IMG/VR virus record: IMGVR_UViG_3300047666_001531
Length of the DNA: 64,000 bases
Strand: one strand, 5' to 3'
DNA from: a virus
Lineage: Duplodnaviria; Heunggongvirae; Uroviricota; Caudoviricetes
The notes beneath the pieces are model-generated. The model saw nothing but the letters and a program-made list of their open reading frames with translations, was not told where the DNA came from and did not search any database. Position numbers and translations under genes: made by a program. Below, in pieces: positions 30,014 to 37,690 of this stretch (its first letter is position 1; each line of letters begins with the position of its first letter).

Positions 30014-31042
30014 ATGGATGTTGTTTCGTTATACACCGGTGCCGGTGGGATGGATGTTGGTTTTGAAAGTGCGGGTTTTAACGTTGTTGTTGCTGTGGAG
30101 TCAGATAAGATAGCCGCAAAGACTTACCGGCTGAACAATCCACATGTCAAAATGATGGAAGGTGATATTAGGGAGATCATGCCAGATCTCGCTCAGTACA
30201 AAGGAGCAAAGGTCATGATTGGTGGACCCCCGTGTCAGGGGTATTCACTTGCAGGAGTTATGGACTTAGCAGATCCCCGTTCTAACTTGATATTCACATT
30301 TTGTGATGCACTAGATATAGTTCAGCCTGATGTTTTTGTTATGGAGAATGTAGACAATCTTGCTAAGCACGACAAGTTCGAAGCGGTAAGAGAACGCCTT
30401 TATGAACGATTTTCTGATGCAGGTTATGATTTTAAGGTGCATATTGTTGATGCTAGGCGTTATGGCGTTGCTCAAAAACGAAAAAGAATGTTTGTGGTTG
30501 GCAGTAAAACCAAAGCGCCATTTAGTGGGCACCACTTGCTTAGTTATGAGAAACCATTAACAACAGTTAGAAAGGTAATAGGTCATTTAGGTAAACCAGG
30601 GAGTATAACGAATCTATACCCTGCAAAAGCGAGAATAGTGCCGGTGAAAAATCCAGTGTTACGAAGAACTCCTTTCGCTGGCATGCTGTTTAATGGCCAA
30701 GGCCGACCTATTGATTTAGATGGTCTTGCAGGCGCTTTACCGGCGAGTATGGGTGGTAATAGAACACCAATCATCGATCAGCGCTGGTTAGATGATGAAA
30801 GTGTCGAGCCATGGGTTCAGTCATATTACGAAAGAATTAAAGGCGGCACTGCACCTTCAGATATATGCGTACCAGATTTTATGCGTAGATTGACTGCTAC
30901 AGAGGCTGCACTAATACAGACTTTTCCACCAGAATATGTGTTCGCCGGCAGTGTGCCGCAAATGTTTTCTCAGATCGGAAATGCTGTACCTTGTAATGTT
31001 GCGCACGCAGTGGCATGTGCGGTGAAGGAATACATGCTTTAA
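30014..31042 (+). CDS. C5-cytosine DNA methyltransferase (orphan)
   Basis: LYTGAGG, GGPPCQG, MENV, QKRKRMF, QIGNAVP. Confidence 0.93.
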   Translation: MDVVSLYTGAGGMDVGFESAGFNVVVAVESDKIAAKTYRLNNPHVKMMEGDIREIMPDLAQYKGAKVMIGGPPCQGYSLAGVMDLADPRSNLIFTFCDALDIVQPDVFVMENVDNLAKHDKFEAVRERLYERFSDAGYDFKVHIVDARRYGVAQKRKRMFVVGSKTKAPFSGHHLLSYEKPLTTVRKVIGHLGKPGSITNLYPAKARIVPVKNPVLRRTPFAGMLFNGQGRPIDLDGLAGALPASMGGNRTPIIDQRWLDDESVEPWVQSYYERIKGGTAPSDICVPDFMRRLTATEAALIQTFPPEYVFAGSVPQMFSQIGNAVPCNVAHAVACAVKEYML

Positions 31043-31141
31043 TTAATTTGTTTTTAGGTTGTTTTTTCATCAAATTCACTTGACAAAATTACCAAAAGAT
31101 ATAGAATATTATTATTGACTCACACACACAAGGTTAATAAT

Positions 31142-31246
31142 ATGTTTATCGAACAAAGTTTATCTCCCCTAAAATCAAGTGAAATGGTTAATTCACTATT
31201 ACACCACTTGAAAACTAACCCTAAAAACAAACTTAAATATCCATGA
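31142..31246 (+). CDS. Putative 34-aa small protein (MFIEQSLSPLKSSEMVNSLLHHLKTNPKNKLKYP)
   Basis: Near-consensus promoter TTGACA(31080)-16-TAGAAT(31102), AAGGT RBS, ATG 31142, TGA 31244. Confidence 0.5.
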   Translation: MFIEQSLSPLKSSEMVNSLLHHLKTNPKNKLKYP

Positions 31247-31317
31247 ATGTAGTGTGAAGAAAAGGGCATAAAAAAGCGCCCTTAGGACGCTTTTAAATAA
31301 TAGCATTAATTACAATT

Positions 31318-31821
31318 TTATGCTTCAGCTTCTTCTTCAGATTCAGCCATTTCGAAAGCCATTTGCATAGATTCTAAAACTAGCTTTTGATCTATAGCTT
31401 TAAATGTTCTTAAATGAGCTGCCATCGCTGGGTCATATTTTTTGGTCATCGTTGCACGGTAAATTGTAGGCGTACTCTTACCAAAAATGATGCCGACGTT
31501 TTCATTGTTAGGTTGATACTGGAAAGAATCAATATAATCAAAGTAAACCCCAATATCCTGCTCTGGTTTTAATGGCGTTTTAAGCAATTTCGTAATGAGA
31601 GCATTAACCGATCGTTGATTTACCATGGTTAACGTTTCAATATGTCGGACAACCACTAATGGGATCTCAACATTCGAATCAACATTCAAATACTTATATA
31701 CGCTTTGAGCCGACTTGCCAAATAACGCAGCAATAGAGGGAACATCTTCTGCTAGCCCCCATTTGTGCATTAGCGTTATAAAGTCCGGCTTATCTAAATA
31801 AACTACAGCTTCTTTTGTCAT
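31318..31821 (-). CDS. Putative DNA-binding protein with two HTH-like repeats
   Basis: SIAALFGKSAQSVYKYL and NVGIIFGKSTPTIYRA; own promoter carries two operator copies. Confidence 0.6.
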   Translation of the reverse strand: MTKEAVVYLDKPDFITLMHKWGLAEDVPSIAALFGKSAQSVYKYLNVDSNVEIPLVVVRHIETLTMVNQRSVNALITKLLKTPLKPEQDIGVYFDYIDSFQYQPNNENVGIIFGKSTPTIYRATMTKKYDPAMAAHLRTFKAIDQKLVLESMQMAFEMAESEEEAEA

Positions 31822-31932
31822 TTTGTTCCCCTATAGAAGTATTAATCCACTTCTAGTTAATAAATCTTGGCTTTAACATAAGCCAGTACATCAAGTTAAG
31901 GATTAAAATTAGTTTCAATCCAATTTGAGGTA

Positions 31933-31973
31933 ACATTATCATATTGAAAATTATTGTCAAGTCATTATGATAA
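31933..31973 (-). promoter_or_regulatory. Promoter of 31318..31821 with tandem operators
   Basis: Minus strand TTGACA(31960-31955)-N4-TTTTCAATATGATAA-TGT; second site AAGTCATTATGATAA 31959-31973. Confidence 0.7.
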
Positions 31974-32069
31974 GATTTCTTGTATATAGTGATTATTTCT
32001 TATTTATTGTAGTTAATGGGTAGTTTTTTTACCTAAATGAAATTATTTTCACTTTTTTATAAAAATAGG

Positions 32070-32097
32070 TTGACAAAATGATAAAGCGTGATAAATT
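32070..32097 (+). promoter_or_regulatory. Promoter of tRNA operon 1
   Basis: TTGACA(32070)-16-TAAATT(32092) with TG extension; -35 overlaps operator-like TTGACAAAATGATAA. Confidence 0.75.
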
Positions 32098-32155
32098 ATA
32101 CCCAAGTTTGGTTACGGCCATCAATTAATTTAAATTTTTATAGCGAGAGCGAAAA

Positions 32156-32275
32156 ATGTTTACGAATTCATTCAACAGTAATATGACAGCGTTTAGAGGG
32201 GATTATATCTCTTCAGATGTTATTGCTGTGCGAGAATCAAATTCGATAAAAAGCATTAAGGTAGCATCCGCGTAA
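32156..32275 (+). CDS. Putative leader peptide of tRNA operon 1 (MFTNSFNSNMTAFRGDYISSDVIAVRESNSIKSIKVASA)
   Basis: GAGAG RBS-like site, ATG 32156, TAA 32273; composition matches the downstream tRNAs; followed by attenuator hairpins. Confidence 0.75.
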   Translation: MFTNSFNSNMTAFRGDYISSDVIAVRESNSIKSIKVASA

Positions 32276-32354
32276 GACATCCGTCATTGGGTGCTTACGG
32301 CACCCAAGACAAGTTCACAAAGAACCCTTGGGATAATATCTCAAGGGTTTTTTT
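32271..32354 (+). terminator. Attenuator: alternative hairpins plus intrinsic terminator
   Basis: TTGGGTGC/GCACCCAA hairpin (32287-32307); terminator AACCCTTGGGA/TCTCAAGGGTT plus T-run (32323-32354); competing pairings CGTAAG:CTTACG and CCCAAG:CTTGGG. Confidence 0.8.
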
Positions 32355-32430
32355 GTTATTGGGATTTAAAAAGAGTAAGTAGGTGGTCGTTCCGTACTGA
32401 TAATAAGCGGAGCGGCCACCGGAATAAGGA

Positions 32431-32505
32431 GCCGGTGTAGCTGAGTTGGTTTAGCAGCGCACTTGTAATGCGCAGACGGGAGTTCGAATCTCTCCTCCGG
32501 CACCA
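32431..32505 (+). tRNA. tRNA-Thr(TGT)
   Basis: Cloverleaf; anticodon arm GCGCA-CT TGT AA-TGCGC; encoded CCA. Confidence 0.92.
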
Positions 32506-32522
32506 ACATTATAGAAGTTTTA

Positions 32523-32612
32523 GATGAGATGGCCGAGTTGGTCGAAGGCAGCAGGCTGTTAACCTGCCGGAGTTTATCTCCCACATTGGTTCAAATCCAA
32601 TTCTCATCGCCA
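32523..32612 (+). tRNA. tRNA-Asn(GTT) with long variable arm
   Basis: GCAGG-CT GTT AA-CCTGC; V-arm GGAG/CTCC; G73; CCA. Confidence 0.88.
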
Positions 32613-32617
32613 CATTA

Positions 32618-32708
32618 GGAGGGTACTGCTGGGTAGGCTGGCAACCGGTCTTGAAAACCGGAGGATCCATGAGAATGGTTCGGCGTTCGACTCGTCTACC
32701 CTCCGCCA
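32618..32708 (+). tRNA. tRNA-Ser(TGA), 8/4 acceptor/T-stem fold
   Basis: GGAGGGTA/TACCCTCC 8 bp; T-stem GGCG/CGTC; CCGGT-CT TGA AA-ACCGG; long V-arm; G73. Confidence 0.88.
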
Positions 32709-32713
32709 CTTTT

Positions 32714-32791
32714 GCGGGGTTAGCTCAGCTTGGATAGAGTATCTGGCTACGAACCAGAGGGTCACATGTTCAAATCATGTACCCCGCGCCA
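32714..32791 (+). tRNA. tRNA-Arg(ACG)
   Basis: TCTGG-CT ACG AA-CCAGA; CCA. Confidence 0.92.
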
Positions 32792-32843
32792 ATAAGAGTA
32801 AGTAGTAAGGTGATGTAACGATCACAACAGTGTGTAGTGCAGA

Positions 32844-32920
32844 TGCGAAGTGGAGCAGTTTGGTAGCTCGTTGGACTCATAATCCAAAGGTCGCTGGTTC
32901 GAGTCCAGTCTTCGCCTCCA
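32844..32920 (+). tRNA. tRNA-fMet-like (CAT)
   Basis: 1:72 mismatch (T:C), initiator-type D arm TGGAGCAG...TAGCTCG; anticodon stem TTGGA/TCCAA lacks the third G-C pair. Confidence 0.8.
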
Positions 32921-32936
32921 ACACACAACAGTTTTA

Positions 32937-33027
32937 GGTGAGATGGCAGAGTGGCTTAATGCAGGCGACTGCTAATCGTCCGAGGTGTAAAAGCCTTGCA
33001 CAGGTTCGAATCCTGTTCTCACCGCCA
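32937..33027 (+). tRNA. tRNA-Ser(GCT)
   Basis: GGCGA-CT GCT AA-TCGTC; long V-arm; G73; CCA. Confidence 0.92.
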
Positions 33028-33038
33028 CTTTGAAAAAT

Positions 33039-33114
33039 GGGGAAGTAGCTCAGTTGGGAGAGCGGTTGCCTTGCACGCAACAGGTCGCGAGTTCGATTCT
33101 CGCCTTCTCCACCA
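33039..33114 (+). tRNA. tRNA-Ala(TGC)
   Basis: G3:U70 pair; GTTGC-CT TGC AC-GCAAC. Confidence 0.93.
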
Positions 33115-33140
33115 ATTTTTATAATTGGAAATGAAGAATT

Positions 33141-33217
33141 GGAGCGGTAGTTCAGCCGGTTAGAATGCTGGCCTGTCACGCCAGAGGTCGCGGGTTCGAT
33201 CCCCGTCCGCTCCGCCA
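33141..33217 (+). tRNA. tRNA-Asp(GTC)
   Basis: CTGGC-CT GTC AC-GCCAG; CCA. Confidence 0.93.
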
Positions 33218-33230
33218 CATAAGTGTTTTT

Positions 33231-33306
33231 GGGTTGTTAGCTCAGCTGGTAGAGCAGGTCGCTTTTAACGATCTTGTCGGTGATTCGAATTCACCACAAC
33301 CCACCA
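33231..33306 (+). tRNA. tRNA-Lys(TTT)
   Basis: GGTCG-CT TTT AA-CGATC; CCA. Confidence 0.92.
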
Positions 33307-33314
33307 GTTTATGT

Positions 33315-33390
33315 ACAGGTTTAGCTCAGTTGGGAGAGCACCGTCCTTACAAGGCGGATGTCGCAAGTTCGATTCTTGCAACCTGTACCA
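33315..33390 (+). tRNA. tRNA-Val(TAC)
   Basis: CCGTC-CT TAC AA-GGCGG; CCA. Confidence 0.92.
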
Positions 33391-33400
33391 ACTTTGGAAT

Positions 33401-33476
33401 ACCAAGATAGCTCAGTTGGTAGAGTAATGGATTGAAAATCCATGTGTCACTGGTTCGAACCCAGTTCTTGGTACCA
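33401..33476 (+). tRNA. tRNA-Phe(GAA)
   Basis: ATGGA-TT GAA AA-TCCAT; CCA. Confidence 0.92.
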
Positions 33477-33492
33477 CAATTAGGTTTAAAGT

Positions 33493-33568
33493 GTCCCTAT
33501 CGTCTAGCGGCCTAGGACACCGCCCTTTCACGGCGGTAACAGGGGTTCAAATCCCCTTAGGGATACCA
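33493..33568 (+). tRNA. tRNA-Glu(TTC)
   Basis: CCGCC-CT TTC AC-GGCGG; CCA. Confidence 0.93.
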
Positions 33569-33582
33569 CTTTGATTTTTAAT

Positions 33583-33670
33583 GGAGTACGCGCAGTGACG
33601 GAACGACTGCACCGGACTGTAAATCCGGAGCCTCAGGCATATCCCTGTTCGAATCAGGGGTGCTCCACCA
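33583..33670 (+). tRNA. tRNA-Tyr(GTA)
   Basis: CCGGA-CT GTA AA-TCCGG; long V-arm; atypical D arm; CCA. Confidence 0.88.
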
Positions 33671-33700
33671 ATTTTATTTTTTTTTTGAGAGGGTAGTGTT

Positions 33701-33748
33701 ATGAAAAGACGAATACGTGGGCGAATACGAAATATAAATAACGTATAA
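33701..33748 (+). CDS. Putative 15-aa minigene MKRRIRGRIRNINNV inside the tRNA operon
   Basis: GAGAGGG RBS, ATG 33701, TAA 33746; rich in AGA/CGA/ATA codons. Confidence 0.5.
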   Translation: MKRRIRGRIRNINNV

Positions 33749-33749
33749 A

Positions 33750-33825
33750 TGCCCTATAGCTTAATGGTTAAAGCGCAAACCTCATAAGTTTCGAGATGGG
33801 ATTTCGATTATCCCTGGGGCAACCA
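33750..33825 (+). tRNA. tRNA(CAT), probably Ile2 (lysidine-type)
   Basis: CT CAT AA loop; C4-G69/C5-G68 as in TilS substrates; one anticodon-stem mismatch. Confidence 0.7.
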
Positions 33826-33857
33826 TTTAGCAGTAAATTCAGTTTAATAGTTTTAAT

Positions 33858-33932
33858 GACTCGTTAGCTCAGTCTGGATAGAGCAAGTCCCTTCTAAGGA
33901 TTTGGTCGCAAGTTCGAATCTTGCACGAGTTG
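33858..33932 (+). tRNA. tRNA-Arg(TCT), no complete encoded CCA
   Basis: AGTCC-CT TCT AA-GGATT; followed by CC then tRNA-Gly. Confidence 0.9.
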
Positions 33933-33934
33933 CC

Positions 33935-34008
33935 GCAGCGTTGGTATAGTGGATGTGCCTCTGGTTTCCAACCAGATGACGCCAGTTCGATTCTGGCACG
34001 CTGCTCCA
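33935..34008 (+). tRNA. tRNA-Gly(TCC)
   Basis: TCTGG-TT TCC AA-CCAGA; U73; CCA. Confidence 0.88.
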
Positions 34009-34034
34009 TTTTTTAATAAAGCAAGGTAAATGTA

Positions 34035-34151
34035 ATGAAGAAAAAAGTACAAAAAAGAGTGCGGAGTCAGTTTTTTGATAAATCAAAGCGCACAAGTGAA
34101 GCACAAACAGATGCGGTAAAACGCCAAGAAAGAAAAACGTTTGTGTCCTAG
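34035..34151 (+). CDS. Possible 38-aa basic small ORF within the tRNA operon
   Basis: AAGGT RBS-like site, ATG 34035, TAG 34149. Confidence 0.3.
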   Translation: MKKKVQKRVRSQFFDKSKRTSEAQTDAVKRQERKTFVS

Positions 34152-34170
34152 TAGTTGTTAACATTTTTAT

Positions 34171-34246
34171 CGCGAAGTAGCTCAGTTGGTAGAGCAGTCC
34201 CTTCATATGGGATTGGCCAGTAGTTCAAGTCTACTCTTCGCGACCA
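34171..34246 (+). tRNA. tRNA-Met(CAT), elongator
   Basis: Fully paired CGCGAAG/CTTCGCG; GTCCC-TT CAT AT-GGGAT. Confidence 0.82.
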
Positions 34247-34250
34247 CCAT

Positions 34251-34326
34251 AGCGGTATAGCTCAGTTGGTAGAGCACACCCCTGATAAGGGTGAGGTCAC
34301 TGGTTCAAATCCAGTTTCCGCTACCA
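34251..34326 (+). tRNA. tRNA-Ile(GAT)
   Basis: CACCC-CT GAT AA-GGGTG; CCA. Confidence 0.92.
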
Positions 34327-34691
34327 CCTTTATTTCACGGCAAGTAAAGGTAAAACCCAAACCTCTTTCACAATAGACTTGTTACTCCCCAAACGCTGGC
34401 ACTCAACTAAAACAACTTTTTGCAACATTATTGTGTAGCTTTTACAGCAACAATGATACTAGTAAAGAAAGTTTGTTTTTATTTGCTTTAATGCTCGACA
34501 GCGTCCAAATCATTGGTTATTCTGTGTTCATATCCACGCGAGAGCACTTTGACTATTGCATTAAAGAAATGGTTTTAGTTGCTTTAACATCAGAGTTAAC
34601 AATTGCGGTTGTAAACCTCGATTTGGGAGTCATCCCTTTATTGTGTACTCTATAATCTAAGTAGTCAGCAAGGAGCTGGGAGGGGGAGTCA

Positions 34692-35087
34692 TTGAGTAAA
34701 GAGTTACCTACGTCAGATGAATTCTTTGATATAAGCGATATAGGTGTTGAAAGTTACAGATCTATGATTGCAAATAAGTTACTTGCCACTAGGCATCGTC
34801 TGAAAAAGCAAGATTCATCATGGACAAAAGAAAAAATGGCAGAGTATATGGGTCTGTCTATTTCAACTTACAAGCGATGGGAGAAGAGTGGTTCAAGCGA
34901 TGTGAGCGCAATTATCAAGATCAATGTGTTAGCCAATCAGTACCCTGACAAAAAGGAAGAAGCCGAAGCCGAGAAAGGTTTGTTTGGGGAGTTTGGGCAT
35001 TGGTTTGATTCGCTTGTCGGAGGGTTTAAAAAAACATCAGATGTTCCGGTAGATAAAAGTGATGTTTCGGTAAATAAAAGCAGCTAG
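34692..35087 (+). CDS. XRE/Cro-type helix-turn-helix protein
   Basis: WTKEKMAEYMGLSISTYKRWEKSG; GGGGAG RBS before TTG start. Confidence 0.75.
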   Translation: MSKELPTSDEFFDISDIGVESYRSMIANKLLATRHRLKKQDSSWTKEKMAEYMGLSISTYKRWEKSGSSDVSAIIKINVLANQYPDKKEEAEAEKGLFGEFGHWFDSLVGGFKKTSDVPVDKSDVSVNKSS

Positions 35088-35192
35088 CTATAGCTCTATT
35101 ATCATAATGAACAGACAAAAACAGGCTTAGGCCTGTTTTTGTGTGCTTGTGATAAATTAATATAATAGATAATTTGGATAAGGATATTTGTT

Positions 35193-36413
35193 ATGGTTTT
35201 ACCTCCTCAAAAAAAGAACGCGTTAGCCAAGGTAGCAATGGCAACAATGTGCGTTTCTATGTCATGCACAGCATTAGCTGAAGCTTTCCCTGAGAAGACA
35301 GGTTGTGAAGTTATTAACCACTCAAATTACGAACAGTTTATGGAAAAGCGGAGCAACGTTAGCGTTGTCAATCCTTTTAAGCCAGAGACTTGTGTAAAAA
35401 TTGATTACGATGCAGACTACAGCAATAAATTGTCTGTCGATGATTTTGGCGGCAACAAAGATGTTTTGGAGTATTTTGAATCATTTCAAGACAGAAAAAG
35501 AACCCGTGTTGAGATGGTAATGAATTATGACACCAAAAGTCTTTATACCATGTTGCAGTTTAATACGGATGAGTTGAGTATAAAACAGTTTAAAAGCCTT
35601 GCTCGTGGAGAAGATATTAGTGTTTTTATGGATGAGTTGGTTTTTCTTCATGAAATGATGCATTTTGATCCAGATGTGACGCTGAACAGCAGTTTTAGTA
35701 TAGCTAAACGAGAAATGATTTCAGATCTTACGGCTTTGTTGATGTTGAAGTCTAAACACGATCTTAGTATGCCAGAGTTTTTTGAAATCACAGAATCACT
35801 TTTTAATGTTCGTGAAAAAGCTCATAAAATTGAGATGAGAAGTGATCGAAACAAAAGACGTAGAATTAAGGCAGGAGATCATGGCCACTATGATGGTGGT
35901 TTGGCGGACAATATAGAAAGTTTTCTGGGTTACATTAAAGACACTAAAATTGATATAAGGGTCACCACTTTAAATGAAGCCAGAGAAGTAGCTATGCATA
36001 TCATTCATAACTATCAAGGTTCAGAGATGGTAGATCATGAATCTAAAACCATGACGATAAAGAACGATCAGTACCGGCAAGCTTTTTTTGAAATGGAACC
36101 AGGTGAACAAATGGTGTATTACGAAAGAAACAAGCCTTTAATGGGTGGTGAATTGCTGACCATGTTTGAAGATTTACATACATTACTGCCTGCTGAACAA
36201 GAAAAGTTAGACAATGTAGCGCCCGAAATAATAAAAGATGCTAGCCAGTACTTTCACGCTGAGGTTCAAGAAGTCGCGCAAGAGTACTTAGCTTCTATGA
36301 CTTATGACAATGTTGAGCTTACCGCTAGTGTTTCCATTGACAATCAACCGACGTTAACGGTCGATGAACAGGAAAACAATAACGCGATTCAAGGCTCAAG
36401 TATGCGAAGATAG
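35193..36413 (+). CDS. Secreted hypothetical protein with HExxH motif (possible zinc metallopeptidase)
   Basis: Signal peptide; FLHEMMHF followed by a downstream Glu (REMISD). Confidence 0.6.
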   Translation: MVLPPQKKNALAKVAMATMCVSMSCTALAEAFPEKTGCEVINHSNYEQFMEKRSNVSVVNPFKPETCVKIDYDADYSNKLSVDDFGGNKDVLEYFESFQDRKRTRVEMVMNYDTKSLYTMLQFNTDELSIKQFKSLARGEDISVFMDELVFLHEMMHFDPDVTLNSSFSIAKREMISDLTALLMLKSKHDLSMPEFFEITESLFNVREKAHKIEMRSDRNKRRRIKAGDHGHYDGGLADNIESFLGYIKDTKIDIRVTTLNEAREVAMHIIHNYQGSEMVDHESKTMTIKNDQYRQAFFEMEPGEQMVYYERNKPLMGGELLTMFEDLHTLLPAEQEKLDNVAPEIIKDASQYFHAEVQEVAQEYLASMTYDNVELTASVSIDNQPTLTVDEQENNNAIQGSSMRR

Positions 36414-36435
36414 TCAAGGGTATGTTGAGTTGTAT

Positions 36436-37362
36436 TTAATCTTCCATAAACTTTTCAAGTTTAAAGCTATCCATCAGGTCGATCACTGAACCTGAGTGGT
36501 CGATCGCTCTACGTTTTGACGAATGGATAGAGTCTATCTCTGCTTTACTTAGGTTCCAGTGGTTATCATCTAAGTACTCATCTAGATCAAAATACTTTTC
36601 GGTTGTCATAGAAAGAGCGCAATTGGCAGATATGTTTAATATTCTTGAGAATTTATTGATTTCGTTCGATGTAGATGATGTCATTATTTGCAATGCTCTA
36701 ACCATCGTCTCAGGAAGATTCCAGTTGCGCATCATGAGAGCTGAGCACTGTACGTAATTAAAGCCCAATTGTTCTGCTTGAGCTACCCAAGGGTGAATAC
36801 CTTTAGATACAAGCTTTTCACACAATACAGCTAATTTAGGTGAAAGTTTTGCAACAGCAAGCTCGCCGATATTATGCATCAAGCCACATATATAAAGAGT
36901 CTCTTGTTCTCTAGCGGTCATTTTATCCACTTTAGCTAGGTCGCGAGCAATAAATGCAGTGCAAAAGCTGTTTATCCAAAATCGCTTCATATCTAAATTT
37001 TTAGAGTGCAACTCATGAAATGTCGTCATGGTAAACTGTGACACGAGCATGCTATATATTCTCTCGCCACCAAGTACTGTGACAGCATTAACCAGTGAAT
37101 CAATTTCACGTTTAAAATTAAATATTGGGCTATTAGCGAGCTTCATTACCTCGGATGTGACTGATGGGTCGAACACAACGGCTTTTGCCACTTCGGCCAT
37201 AGTGGTGTTCTCTTTATCTAGAAGAGAACGAACTCTATTACAGACCTCAGGCAAGGCGTAACTGTCGAGATTTTGCTTAGCATAATAGCTGATTCCAAAA
37301 ACCTGTGCGATCACTGTTTTTTTTACTAAAGTTGGTTTCCCACTGTTGTTTTTTAACAGCAT
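36436..37362 (-). CDS. HDOD domain protein
   Basis: ALPEV...DPSVTSEVMKLANSPIF...AVTVLG, FWINS, GLMHNIGEL, WNLPE. Confidence 0.9.
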   Translation of the reverse strand: MLLKNNSGKPTLVKKTVIAQVFGISYYAKQNLDSYALPEVCNRVRSLLDKENTTMAEVAKAVVFDPSVTSEVMKLANSPIFNFKREIDSLVNAVTVLGGERIYSMLVSQFTMTTFHELHSKNLDMKRFWINSFCTAFIARDLAKVDKMTAREQETLYICGLMHNIGELAVAKLSPKLAVLCEKLVSKGIHPWVAQAEQLGFNYVQCSALMMRNWNLPETMVRALQIMTSSTSNEINKFSRILNISANCALSMTTEKYFDLDEYLDDNHWNLSKAEIDSIHSSKRRAIDHSGSVIDLMDSFKLEKFMED

Positions 37363-37690
37363 ATCTATTAGCTCCCTTAATTAGAATATGTATAGGTAAT
37401 TAGCAAGAATACCGTCCACAAGAACCTTCAAAGTAACACTAACGCGCTGTTATATCAAGCGTCATTAAGTACATATACCATGTGCTTAATAGGTATTATA
37501 AGTAATATATATATCGAATTAAAATAAAAAAACAGATCTGGCTGTTTTTCGCCTTACTGGGTTATCGTATGATTACGGTGTTTAGTGTTGTTTAAAACTC
37601 ATTCACACCAACCCTAAAGCAACAATAAAAGATTGACAAGCTTATCATAATGAAATAATATAGCTATATAGATCACTTGGAGCTTTACAC

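Noticed and set aside
32618-32708. Selenocysteine tRNA (selC)
   Set aside because: Anticodon is TGA (reads UCA, Ser), not TCA; the branch is 12 bp, not 13
32366-34206. ORFs called over tRNA operon 1 (e.g. 32509..32709, 32934..33218, 33165..33410, 33853..34206)
   Set aside because: Translations of tRNA genes or their antisense strands
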